Assembly (NCBI GenBank): GCA_964487785.1
Contig: CAZASU010000003.1
Span: 353 to 64,352, forward strand
Direction: 5' to 3'
Origin: an uncultured Gemmatimonadaceae bacterium
Lineage (GTDB): Bacteria; Gemmatimonadota; Gemmatimonadetes; Gemmatimonadales; GWC2-71-9
DNA length: 64,000 bases
Under the pieces are notes generated by a model. It saw only the letters and a list, made by a program, of their open reading frames with translations. It had not been told where the DNA came from and did no database searches. A program made the position numbers and the translations under genes. Every line of letters starts with the position of its first letter. Within the stretch, counting starts at the first letter, position 1. Below, one piece after another: positions 38,989-47,539 of the stretch.

Positions 38989-39546
38989 CTACTTGGCCCG
39001 CTCGAGATACACGCCATCACGAGGATTCACCCGCACCCGATCCCCCTCGCTGATGAACTCGGGAACCTGGATTGTCACGCCGTTGCTCAATTTGGCGGGT
39101 TTGGTGCTCGCCGTCTTCGTGGCGGTCTTCATGACCGGGGCGGTCTCGATCACCTCCAGCTCCGCCGTGGACGGCAGCTCGATCGAGATCGGCCGCCCAT
39201 CCAGCCAATCCGCCTGGAAGTTGACTCCTGACTCCAGCCACTGCGCCTGATCTCCCGCGGTTTCCAGGTCGAGCGTGTATTGCTCGTAGGTTTCCGCGTC
39301 CATGACGTGGACCCCGTTCACGTCACGGTAGAGGACCTGCAGGCGCTTGGTATCCAGCCGGGCCTCATCCACGAACTCGGTGGCGCTGAATCGGTGCTCG
39401 AAGGTCGAGCCGGTGTGCAGATTTCTCATCCGGGCCTGGACGAAAGCCCGCAGATTTCCCGGCGTCCGGTGGGTGAACTCCATGACCCGGCAGGGCTGGC
39501 CCTGGAAGAAGATCACATGACCCCGGCGTATATCGGTGGCCTTCAT
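38989..39546 (-). CDS. efp: elongation factor P family protein (non-lysine loop variant)
   Basis: 185-aa ORF. C-terminal IETAPVMKTATKTASTKPAKLSNGVTIQVPEFI matches the EF-P/EfpL family. The functional loop reads THRTPGNLRAF instead of KPGKGQAF. Confidence 0.85.
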   Translation of the reverse strand: MKATDIRRGHVIFFQGQPCRVMEFTHRTPGNLRAFVQARMRNLHTGSTFEHRFSATEFVDEARLDTKRLQVLYRDVNGVHVMDAETYEQYTLDLETAGDQAQWLESGVNFQADWLDGRPISIELPSTAELEVIETAPVMKTATKTASTKPAKLSNGVTIQVPEFISEGDRVRVNPRDGVYLERAK

Positions 39547-39708
39547 TGCGTCCGAGCTCCCTCTCGATGACGGTGGGCGGGGCTCCGCCCCGTATGCACT
39601 GGAAAATACACGGCATCCAAGGCTTTGGAGTGGGCGACCCTAGACACATCAGCGGCATGCCTGTTGTTTCTACCTTTACGTAAGCTTAGCCGCATCCGCA
39701 GGCCCACA

Positions 39709-40737
39709 TTGATGGCCGTTCAAGCGGCCCCGAGACCGACCGTATCGCCATTGGCCAACCCCGCCGATTTTGGCCTGACACGCCACGATGACGACGAGCG
39801 GCTCCGCCTGGACGCGTGGCGCCGCAACGTCGGCGCGCAGGTTGCTCTCGATCTGACAGACCCTCAGGCCACCCAGAGCGCCCCCAGCCCTGGCAGTCTG
39901 GTGGTGCTGAGCTGGAACGTCTGGATTGGCCGGGGCCGCTTGCGCGAGGTCGTCTCCCGGATTCGGAATGGAGACTACGTCGGCCTCGGCGCCGACCCTG
40001 GCATGCCGCTGGTGGTGCTCGCGCAGGAGGCCTACCGGAGCGACTCATCGATCCCACAGCATCAGAATGGGCAGTCAGGACGAGTTTTGATCGCTCAGCT
40101 GGGGCCGCCGGAAGACGTGGTGGAAACGGCGCAGGCGCTCGGCATGAACCTGCGCTACGCTCCTTCGATGCGGAACGGCTCCGATCAGAGCGACCGGGGG
40201 AATGCGATCCTCTCGACTCTGCCGCTCGAGGCCGCGCACGCGGTCGAGCTGCCGCTGGTGTTGCAACGTCGCGTAGCGGTCGCCGCCACTACGACCCTGG
40301 GCGACACCAGACTCCGGCTGGTAAGCGCTCATCTCGACCCGCGCGGCCCCCCGGGACACAAGTGGCTCGGAGCTTCAGGGCGAGCGCTGCAGGCTCAACA
40401 TCTCATCGCAGCGGTCGAAGACGACACCGCCATCCTCGGTGCCGACCTCAACCTGGGTCGGGGCAGGTACGAGCGCGCCTGGCAACTGCTGGGCGAGGCG
40501 GGCTTCACCTTCGGCGTCCCGCCCTCCCTTCCCCGCTGGCGACACACCTTTCACGCCCTGCCACGGCTGGTGCTGGACTATCTCCTCGTGCGTGATCGGG
40601 GTGGTGCCATCGCTGAGGCCCGTGTGCATCGGCTCGACGAGCATCCTCAGGACCGGGGCGCACGCGTCTTTGGCTCCGACCATCATCCGCTGCTGGCGCG
40701 GATCGATCTCCAACCCTCCAGCCGAGAGTCTCAGTGA
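39709..40737 (+). CDS. endonuclease/exonuclease/phosphatase (EEP) family protein
   Basis: Within ORF 39625..40737 (start taken at MAVQAAPRPT). LSWNVW..., LAQE, GNAILS, SAHL, GADLN and SDHHPL motifs in EEP order. Confidence 0.75.
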   Translation: MMAVQAAPRPTVSPLANPADFGLTRHDDDERLRLDAWRRNVGAQVALDLTDPQATQSAPSPGSLVVLSWNVWIGRGRLREVVSRIRNGDYVGLGADPGMPLVVLAQEAYRSDSSIPQHQNGQSGRVLIAQLGPPEDVVETAQALGMNLRYAPSMRNGSDQSDRGNAILSTLPLEAAHAVELPLVLQRRVAVAATTTLGDTRLRLVSAHLDPRGPPGHKWLGASGRALQAQHLIAAVEDDTAILGADLNLGRGRYERAWQLLGEAGFTFGVPPSLPRWRHTFHALPRLVLDYLLVRDRGGAIAEARVHRLDEHPQDRGARVFGSDHHPLLARIDLQPSSRESQ

Positions 40738-42035
40738 GCGAGTTGCTAGGGTTAGGATCCGATCTGTCCTGGTGGGCCTGGACCCTGATGGCTATCGGCG
40801 TCATTGCCATCATCGGAGTGTTCGGCGCCCTTTTCTTGCCCGACTGGCCCAGCGACGATTTCACGATGGGGTTCGAGGCCGATCCGGGCTCGGAGACATT
40901 CGTGGAGTGGATTTCGTGTTACCTGAACAGCCCGATCTTGCAGGGAGGTGAGGTCACCATCCTTCAGAATGGCGACGCGTTCTTTCCCGCGATGCTGGAG
41001 GCGATCCGGAAAGCCAAGGATTCGGTCAATTTCGAGGTCTACATTTTCGAGCCTGACGAGATCGGGCGCCAGTTCATGGATGCGTTCAAGGACCGGGCGC
41101 GCGCGGGGGTGGAGGTCCGGCTGCTACTCGACGGCTTCGGTGGCATCAAGATGACGAAGCGCTATCGGGCGGAGCTTCGCGAGGCGGGTGTGACTGTCGC
41201 CCGCTTCCGCCCCTTTGGGCTGCGTAGTCTGGTGCGGTTCTATAAGCGGACCCACCGGCGGGCGATCGTCATCGACGGCCGGATAGGCTTCACTGGCGGC
41301 GCGGCGGTGTCGAAGAAGTGGAAGGGTAACGTCAGCAACCCGCATGAGTGGCGTGACAGCATGACCCGCGTGATGGGGCCCATGGTCGCCGGCATCCAAT
41401 CGGCCTTTGCGATCAACTGGGTCCACTGCTGCGGCGAAGTGATCGCCGGACCTCGCTTCTTCCCCACCTTCGAGCGCGGTCCTGGACCCTGCGGTCTCTC
41501 AGTGGTGAGCTCTCCATCCGACGCGATGCAGCCCATTCGCCTCCTCTTCTGGGTCAGCTTCATCAACGCGAAGCGGCGTCTCTGGATCTGCAACTCCTAT
41601 TTCATTCCTGACAACCGATTACGAAATGCCGCCATCGAGCGAGCCAAGAGCGGCGTGGACGTACGGGTCCTGGTGCCAGGCAATAATACCGACGCGCTGC
41701 CGGTTCAAGCGGCCGGGCGGAGCTACTACGAGGAGCTGCTCGCGGCCGGCGTCCGGATCTTCGAGTTTCAACCCGCGATGATGCATGCCAAGACCACCGT
41801 GGTGGATGGGGCCTGGTCCATCGTGGGGTCGGCCAATCTGGACGAGCGCAGCATGGAGCTCAACGAGGAGAACGTACTGGGGATCGCGGACAAAGACTTT
41901 GCCCAGGCTATCGAGCGGGGAGTGACGGCCGACTACGCGCGATCGCGGGAGATCCTGCTGGAGGAATGGCGGAAGCGCTCGATTTTTCGCCGCGGCGTGG
42001 AGCGGGTTTGTAAGATCTTGATCGAGCAGTATTAG
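40734..42035 (+). CDS. cls: cardiolipin synthase-like phospholipase D family protein
   Basis: 433-aa ORF. The GTG start overlaps the upstream stop (GTGA). Two PLD motifs: THRRAIVIDG...GG (Lys replaced by Arg) and MHAKTTVVDG...GSANLD. Confidence 0.8.
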   Translation: MSELLGLGSDLSWWAWTLMAIGVIAIIGVFGALFLPDWPSDDFTMGFEADPGSETFVEWISCYLNSPILQGGEVTILQNGDAFFPAMLEAIRKAKDSVNFEVYIFEPDEIGRQFMDAFKDRARAGVEVRLLLDGFGGIKMTKRYRAELREAGVTVARFRPFGLRSLVRFYKRTHRRAIVIDGRIGFTGGAAVSKKWKGNVSNPHEWRDSMTRVMGPMVAGIQSAFAINWVHCCGEVIAGPRFFPTFERGPGPCGLSVVSSPSDAMQPIRLLFWVSFINAKRRLWICNSYFIPDNRLRNAAIERAKSGVDVRVLVPGNNTDALPVQAAGRSYYEELLAAGVRIFEFQPAMMHAKTTVVDGAWSIVGSANLDERSMELNEENVLGIADKDFAQAIERGVTADYARSREILLEEWRKRSIFRRGVERVCKILIEQY

Positions 42036-42038
42036 GAC

Positions 42039-42139
42039 GAAGGCTATAGGCTATAGGCTATTGGCTCTTGGCTGATTACCTCTTGGCTCGTAGCTATGGT
42101 GGGGCTGCTCATGTCATAGCCCATAGCCAATAGCCTTCT
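42039..42139. repeat. palindromic element with tandem GGCTATWG octamer arms
   Basis: gaaggctataggctataggctattggct ... catagcccatagccaatagccttc are inverted, imperfect arms. Lies between convergent stops at 42035 and 42142. Confidence 0.8.
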
Positions 42140-42141
42140 CA

Positions 42142-42402
42142 TCACACCGGCCCGTTGAACGCCGGGTCGCAGACTCGGGTTCGGAGGTCCGTTTCCTGTC
42201 CTCGGTACCAGCCCCCCCGGAACTCGAAATGCCGCTCGTCCAGGAGGCGCGTGCCAAGCGCGTCTGTTCCCCGCTGCTGAACCTGCCAGAGTAGCACCCG
42301 GGCGCCCATTTCGGCAGCCGGCTCCCAGATGTCAGGTGTCAGGGGAGGGTACAGGCCCGCAAACTCCGGCTTCAATCTGGCCTGCCGGGCTGTCGAATCC
42401 AT
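42142..42402 (-). CDS. hypothetical protein
   Basis: Part of ORF 42142..42573; start guessed at MDSTARQARLKPEF. No motif recognised. Confidence 0.3.
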   Translation of the reverse strand: MDSTARQARLKPEFAGLYPPLTPDIWEPAAEMGARVLLWQVQQRGTDALGTRLLDERHFEFRGGWYRGQETDLRTRVCDPAFNGPV

Positions 42403-42660
42403 GCCCCCTCCGGGGTCTTCAGGTTTGGCGCGGGAGTACCCGCAGGTTGGAAGGCAGAGATAATGCGCGGTTGTGCGCGACTTCACCAGGGGTTGCGAGC
42501 CCAATTCCGAATTCCACCGCAACCCCTGGGCCGCGACCGATTCAAGGCGGTGCAGCCAGCCATACGGGTCCATCGTGGTCTACAACTCTGCGTATCATGG
42601 GATGGCGGTTTCAGATGGGATAACCGCGACCAACCAACTGATGCGGTGCTGTTCGACGGA

Positions 42661-44154
42661 CTAGTCCACGACCTCAATCTCGTTCCCGCCGCCCATGTGA
42701 GTCTCCAGCGCACCAGTCAGGTCGACACCTTCGGCCCCGAGCAGTCGGAAGAGCTCCCATTCGGCCGCACGGGCAGCGTGAATCCGCCGTCCGTTGTACA
42801 TGAGGGAGATCACAAGCACGCCATCGCGCCGGCCGAGGTAGCCTGCCAGGGTGGCCACGCGATCCAGGGTGCCGGTCTTGGCGTGTACTACACCGCGCCC
42901 CATTCCATGGCGCAGCGTCCGCAGCGTGCCGACCCCATTGGCGGGAAGGAGCAGCGGAAAGCGCTCCGCCCCACGGAGTTGGGGATAGCGGGCCAGATAG
43001 AGCATCGTGGTCAACGGGCTTACCCGATCGAGCTCGCTCAGCCCGCTACCATCTACCAGGTGCACCCGGGCCTGGGGCCCGACCACATCGCGAACGTGCT
43101 GAGTAAGCAAGGCGGGACCCAACGTCTGGCTGGCCGAGGCCCACTGCAGCACCAGTTCGGCGCCAATGTTCAAGCTGCGGCGATTGATCTCCACCGCCAC
43201 GCTGTCGAACGGGGCAGACTCGACTTTGGCCAGCACGGACGGAAGCGCCGGCCAGATTGCCGGGGGCGCCGTCCGGTTGATCCAGCGGATGCCGGCATGC
43301 TCGAGGGCCGCGGACCAGGCGTAGCCCAGCACGCTCACCGGGTCGTGCGCCACCGCAGAGATTCCGGCCACTCTCGAGTCGATGCCGATGGTGCCTGCCA
43401 GAGTCCAGCCGCCCTCATTGTTGGCAATCAGAGCGAGCCTGCGACGGCTGCCGCCTACGGTTGTCGCACTCATGCGCACCAACCGGTCGACACCAGCCGG
43501 GTACGCCCAGATGAAGCTGGGTGGCGAGCCGACGTCTCGACCAGGCCGGAGGTTCAGCGAGATCGTGTTCTCATGTAGTGTGACCGGCCCGACCGGAGGG
43601 GCATAGAGCTGGCCGGCGAAATCGGTCGACCAGACTGTCGGATAGCTCGATGATGCGGGCCCGGTGCGGCTGGTCAGCAGGAGCGGACCCTCGAGGATGT
43701 TGATTCCGCGCTCACGAAGCTGCCGTGCGAGCGCACGCAGATTGGGCCCTGCCCTGCCCGAGCGTTCCAATGTCGGGTCCCCGCCCAACTCCAGTTGCCA
43801 GCCGCCCTGCCAGCGTCCGGTAGCCGAATCGAGTTGGCCGCGACCGATCACACGGGTGGCAATGCGTGCCCCACCTCCCGCGCGCGCCCGGGAGAATCCC
43901 ACAGTGAACACCTTGGCGGTGGAGGCCGGAATCAGCTCCTGATGAGGATGCAGACTCCAGAGGACCCTACCATCCATCGAGCCGATGGCGATGCCCCACT
44001 GCCCATCGCCAGTGCGCGCGGAGGTGCGGCGGAACCAGTCCTCCACTCGGGCCAGCTCTCCGGCGGTCAGTGTCTGGGCGGCAACGATCCCGGCGGGTTT
44101 GAGACCGCTCAGGGAAATAGCGAAGACCAGCGTCGTGATCAGACGTTGGTGCAT
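42661..44154 (-). CDS. dacB: D-alanyl-D-alanine carboxypeptidase/endopeptidase (PBP4, S13 family)
   Basis: 497-aa ORF with a signal peptide. Motifs PASTAKV (SxxK), DGSGLS and HAKTGTL (KTG). Confidence 0.85.
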   Translation of the reverse strand: MHQRLITTLVFAISLSGLKPAGIVAAQTLTAGELARVEDWFRRTSARTGDGQWGIAIGSMDGRVLWSLHPHQELIPASTAKVFTVGFSRARAGGGARIATRVIGRGQLDSATGRWQGGWQLELGGDPTLERSGRAGPNLRALARQLRERGINILEGPLLLTSRTGPASSSYPTVWSTDFAGQLYAPPVGPVTLHENTISLNLRPGRDVGSPPSFIWAYPAGVDRLVRMSATTVGGSRRRLALIANNEGGWTLAGTIGIDSRVAGISAVAHDPVSVLGYAWSAALEHAGIRWINRTAPPAIWPALPSVLAKVESAPFDSVAVEINRRSLNIGAELVLQWASASQTLGPALLTQHVRDVVGPQARVHLVDGSGLSELDRVSPLTTMLYLARYPQLRGAERFPLLLPANGVGTLRTLRHGMGRGVVHAKTGTLDRVATLAGYLGRRDGVLVISLMYNGRRIHAARAAEWELFRLLGAEGVDLTGALETHMGGGNEIEVVD

Positions 44155-44370
44155 GGAGCAGCTCGATTCGGCTGACGGTATGACTGCTCTTATGTAAACG
44201 GGACGCCTAAAATAAGAGCAATCGCTGAGCCACTAACCAAGTGACGTAAACCCAACGAGTTAGTGAGTTTCAACCGGCAGAATGACGGGCATTTCGCGGG
44301 GGTCGGTGAAGTCACGCAAGACTAGAGCCGGACTAGCGTTACATGCTCGACTCGTGGATCTTGCTGCCCT

Positions 44371-45408
44371 ATGCGCATCGCAGTCGTTTTTGACACCCCG
44401 TACTCGGGCTGGGATCATCCCGAGCACGAGCTCCAGATGGAGAAGGACATCGCCGCCTGGAAGACGGACGAGCCCGACATGGAGTATCAGATCGCGCACG
44501 CACTCCATGAGCGCGGCCACGAGATCCAGCTCATCGGCGTGCGCGACGATTTGCAGTACCTGGTCCGGTGCCTTTCTGAGTGGAAGCCGGATCTGGTGTT
44601 CAATGGCGCCGAGGCCTTCAAGGGCAACGAGGCGCTGGAATACCTGCTCCCCGGGCTGCTCGAGGCAGAGGGGTACCGCTACACCGGCGCTCCACCGCTG
44701 GCGCTCCAGGTCACCCGCAACAAGGCCATCAGCAAGATGGTTCTGGCCTATGTCGGAATCCGGGTGCCCGGCTTCACTTCGTACCGTCTGCAGGAGAAGG
44801 TCGAGGCCACTCCCGACCTGAGGTTTCCCCTCTTCGTAAAGCCGCTGCAGGCAGATGGCTCAGCCGGGATCGCTCAGGCCTCCGTGGTGCAGGACGTTGC
44901 CTCCCTGGCCGACCGGGTCACCTTCATTCAGGAACGGTTCGGCCAGGGAGCCATCGCCGAGGAGTTCGTGGACGGAAGGGAGCTGTACGTCGGCGTCATC
45001 GGCAACGATGACTCGCTCGAGATCCTGCCGATAATCGAGATGGTGTTCGACAAGCGAAAGACCCGCCCCGAGGAGCGGATAGCCACCCAGTTTGCCAAGT
45101 GGGACGAGGCCTACCGGGAGCGCAAGGGAATCCGCAACGTGGTGGCTCGCCCGATCTCCAAGGCGGCGCGCGCCCGGATCGAGGAGACCTGTCGAACCGC
45201 CTGCCGAGCTCTCTGGCTCCGGGACTACGCCCGGCTCGACCTTCGTCTCGCGCCCGACGGGCAGGTTTGGGTTCTCGAAGCCAACGCCAACCCCTTCATC
45301 AGCTACGGTCACGATATGGCCAATGCGGCCGCGAAGGCGGGGATGGAATACTACGATTTCATCCAACGCATCGTGGATGCGGCGATCGCGCGGTATGAGC
45401 GCTCGTAG
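44371..45408 (+). CDS. D-alanine--D-alanine ligase-like ATP-grasp protein
   Basis: 345-aa ORF. Ddl-like layout (MRIAVVF..., NGAEAFKGNEALEYLLPGLLE, TRNKAISK, FPLFVKPLQADGSAGI, WVLEANANP). Confidence 0.75.
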   Translation: MRIAVVFDTPYSGWDHPEHELQMEKDIAAWKTDEPDMEYQIAHALHERGHEIQLIGVRDDLQYLVRCLSEWKPDLVFNGAEAFKGNEALEYLLPGLLEAEGYRYTGAPPLALQVTRNKAISKMVLAYVGIRVPGFTSYRLQEKVEATPDLRFPLFVKPLQADGSAGIAQASVVQDVASLADRVTFIQERFGQGAIAEEFVDGRELYVGVIGNDDSLEILPIIEMVFDKRKTRPEERIATQFAKWDEAYRERKGIRNVVARPISKAARARIEETCRTACRALWLRDYARLDLRLAPDGQVWVLEANANPFISYGHDMANAAAKAGMEYYDFIQRIVDAAIARYERS

Positions 45409-46414
45409 GCGCCGGCCTTCAACCTGGCCCCGCGACCAGCGGTGTGTCTGCGGTAATATCGTGCAGCGTTACCGGGACTTCTGCTCTGCCTGTGGCCGGG
45501 CTCAGCGATGGAATGACCTCGGCGGGGTCACCGGCGCTGACTGCTACAAGTGCGGGTGGGCGGTGTCGGAGAAGTTCGCCCACTGCCCTTGGTGTGGCGC
45601 CAACATCCACGAGGAGGGGTACTCCAGCGCGGAGCCGCTCAAGGCGCCCCGCGGATTCCGCATGGACGCCCGCTGCGATTGGGGCTGCGGTGGCGGCGTG
45701 CAGTACCCGATGCGGTATTGCCCGTGGTGCAGCCGGCCGCAAAGCTGGAATGAGGACAGATACTTCGAGGGCGGGTGCCCCCATTGCAGCCGGGGCGTGG
45801 ACGACCGAATGAATGCCTGTCCCTGGTGCGGCGGCGACCCGACCGGTCGCGACCTCATTCCCCGCGCCCTGACCCGGGTGCGCCGACTCCTCCTCGTTTC
45901 CAGGATCAAGGATTGGGGTTATCGGGTGCTCCTCCGCCCCGGCGTCTCCGGCGTCGACCCACTCTATCCCGGCATCGTGGAGATCGAGCAGCGCTACGTG
46001 GTGCGCCGACGCCGGCGGGACGAGATCTCCTGGACCATGCTGGTGGGCCTCCTTACCCACGAACTGGGACACAGCTTCCTCTATCATCACTGGGACTGGA
46101 CCCGCACCCGGCAGTTTCGAAGGGCATTCGGCGAGGTGGACAAGGCCTACCGGGGGATGGACAACACCTGGGTATACTTCCAGCGCCGCCGGATAGCCAT
46201 CGCCCCCACCAACTTCGTCAGTGCCTACGCAGCCAAGCACCCGCAGGAAGATTTCGCGGAGACCTTCCGGTTCTACGTCACCCGGCGCGGACGCCTGCGC
46301 GACCTCTTCGGCGAGTTCGGACGGAAGCGCAAGGGCGTCATCCTCTACGAGAAATTTCTGGTCCTTCACGACTATGTCCGTGCCCTCCGTGGCTGGGGGA
46401 GCAGTTCCGCTTGA
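45395..46414 (+). CDS. four-zinc-ribbon protein with C-terminal HExxH putative zinc metallopeptidase domain
   Basis: ATG 45395 overlaps the ATP-grasp 3' end by 14 nt, in the frame of ORF 45092..46414. Four CxxC...C(P/S)(W/A)C(G/S) pairs: CVCG..CSACG, CYKCG..CPWCG, CDWGCGG..CPWCS, CPHCS..CPWCG. Then LTHELGHSF and EDFAETF. Confidence 0.7.
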   Translation: MSARRRRPSTWPRDQRCVCGNIVQRYRDFCSACGRAQRWNDLGGVTGADCYKCGWAVSEKFAHCPWCGANIHEEGYSSAEPLKAPRGFRMDARCDWGCGGGVQYPMRYCPWCSRPQSWNEDRYFEGGCPHCSRGVDDRMNACPWCGGDPTGRDLIPRALTRVRRLLLVSRIKDWGYRVLLRPGVSGVDPLYPGIVEIEQRYVVRRRRRDEISWTMLVGLLTHELGHSFLYHHWDWTRTRQFRRAFGEVDKAYRGMDNTWVYFQRRRIAIAPTNFVSAYAAKHPQEDFAETFRFYVTRRGRLRDLFGEFGRKRKGVILYEKFLVLHDYVRALRGWGSSSA

Positions 46415-46444
46415 CACCTCGGAGTTGGCGCCGGACTTACCCTG

Positions 46445-46897
46445 GTGCTTGGCTGCAAAGGCAGGAACAACGGCAGCCCCGGCACCGAGTCGGCCGTGGT
46501 GGCGTTGCCGGGTGACAGCTCCGCCTCGGCGCCCCGCCGGGATCACCGCTCGGTCGCGGAGAAAGTCGTAACCCAGAGCGCCGGTGTGAAACAGGGTGAC
46601 GGACTGGAGCCATTGCAGTCGGCCTACGACGCAGCCGGTCCGGGTAAGGACGTGCTCGGGGTTATCGATATAGGGATCAACCCGGGGATCAAGTCGCCCG
46701 AGCGCAGTCCGGTGCACGTGTGGGGTAAAGCTGGCACCGTCACCGTGCTGGTGGGCAACAACACGTGGGCGGGCGGCGATAACCAGGTGAGGTTCGGCAT
46801 CCCGGCGTATTCGCCCGGCAGCACCCTGACCGTAGACGGTAAGCCGCTGGTCCAGGAGGGAAGGCTTGTAGCAGCGGAGGACGTCGCCGACCGCTAA
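46445..46897 (+). other. possible 5'-truncated gene fragment (lipoprotein remnant; weak M29-aminopeptidase-like C-terminus)
   Basis: ORF 46445..46897. The frame opens directly at the upstream TGA (46412) and reads HLGVGAGLTLVLGCKG, a lipobox-like LVLGC with no usable start codon before it. The C-terminal GINPG...NNTWAGGDNQ only loosely recalls M29-type peptidases. Confidence 0.3.
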
Positions 46898-47020
46898 GCG
46901 GATTGGAACGCGTAGCCGGCATCACAGACGGATCTCTATCCGACCTCGCAGATTGGAGGCAGATTAGAGTACAGGCGCCGCGGCTGTCATCGCGGCGCAC
47001 CCGTTTCCGGCGAGGTATTT

Positions 47021-47533
47021 GTGCGGCGCACTCTGACATTGGCGGGATTGGTGACTCTGGCTCTCAACCTGGCCAGCTTTGGTACTGGGACAATGCCCCT
47101 AAGGACCGACACCAGCAGCGCCGCGCTGATCAGCCTGGGCCAGGAGTACGGTGACCTTCAGCAGTGGGCGACGGCGATAGCGGAAGCCACCGACACCCTG
47201 GAGAGCGCCGAGCGGGCCCAAGCGCTTGCCCACCAGTTGGCGCGGGTGATGGGGCCGCTGGAACAGGATTTCGAGAAAACAACGGCATCCCTGTCCACCG
47301 CTCAGCTGGAGCAGATCCTCCCGCTCTGGGAGAGCATGGTGTTCGCCCACGCCGGGGTTGCCCTCCTGCAGGAGCGGGCCTCGACCCTGGGACTCGACCC
47401 GTCTATCGACCCGTCCGAGCTTCACGACCTCGCGTTTCAGCTCTCGGTGGTGCTGGATATTGCAGCGGAGATCCAGCGACGGGCCCTGACCGAGCTCATC
47501 ACCCCGCCACCAACCCCGGTTCGGGTGAGCTGA
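47021..47533 (+). CDS. secreted hypothetical helical protein
   Basis: 170-aa ORF (GTG start). Signal-like [21 protein letters not shown]. No motif recognised. Confidence 0.45.
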   Translation: MRRTLTLAGLVTLALNLASFGTGTMPLRTDTSSAALISLGQEYGDLQQWATAIAEATDTLESAERAQALAHQLARVMGPLEQDFEKTTASLSTAQLEQILPLWESMVFAHAGVALLQERASTLGLDPSIDPSELHDLAFQLSVVLDIAAEIQRRALTELITPPPTPVRVS

Positions 47534-47539
47534 GTCAGT

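Noticed and set aside
45092-45394. Upstream 101 codons of ORF 45092..46414
   Set aside because: They lie inside the ATP-grasp gene in another frame and have no zinc-ribbon or other motif. The ATG at 45395 gives the usual short coupling overlap.
46412-46414. In-frame TGA between the metallopeptidase and the following ORF as selenocysteine or programmed readthrough
   Set aside because: There is no SECIS-like hairpin immediately downstream and no Cys-containing context suggesting Sec. An in-frame arrangement is expected by chance one time in three, and the downstream part begins like a separate signal peptide.
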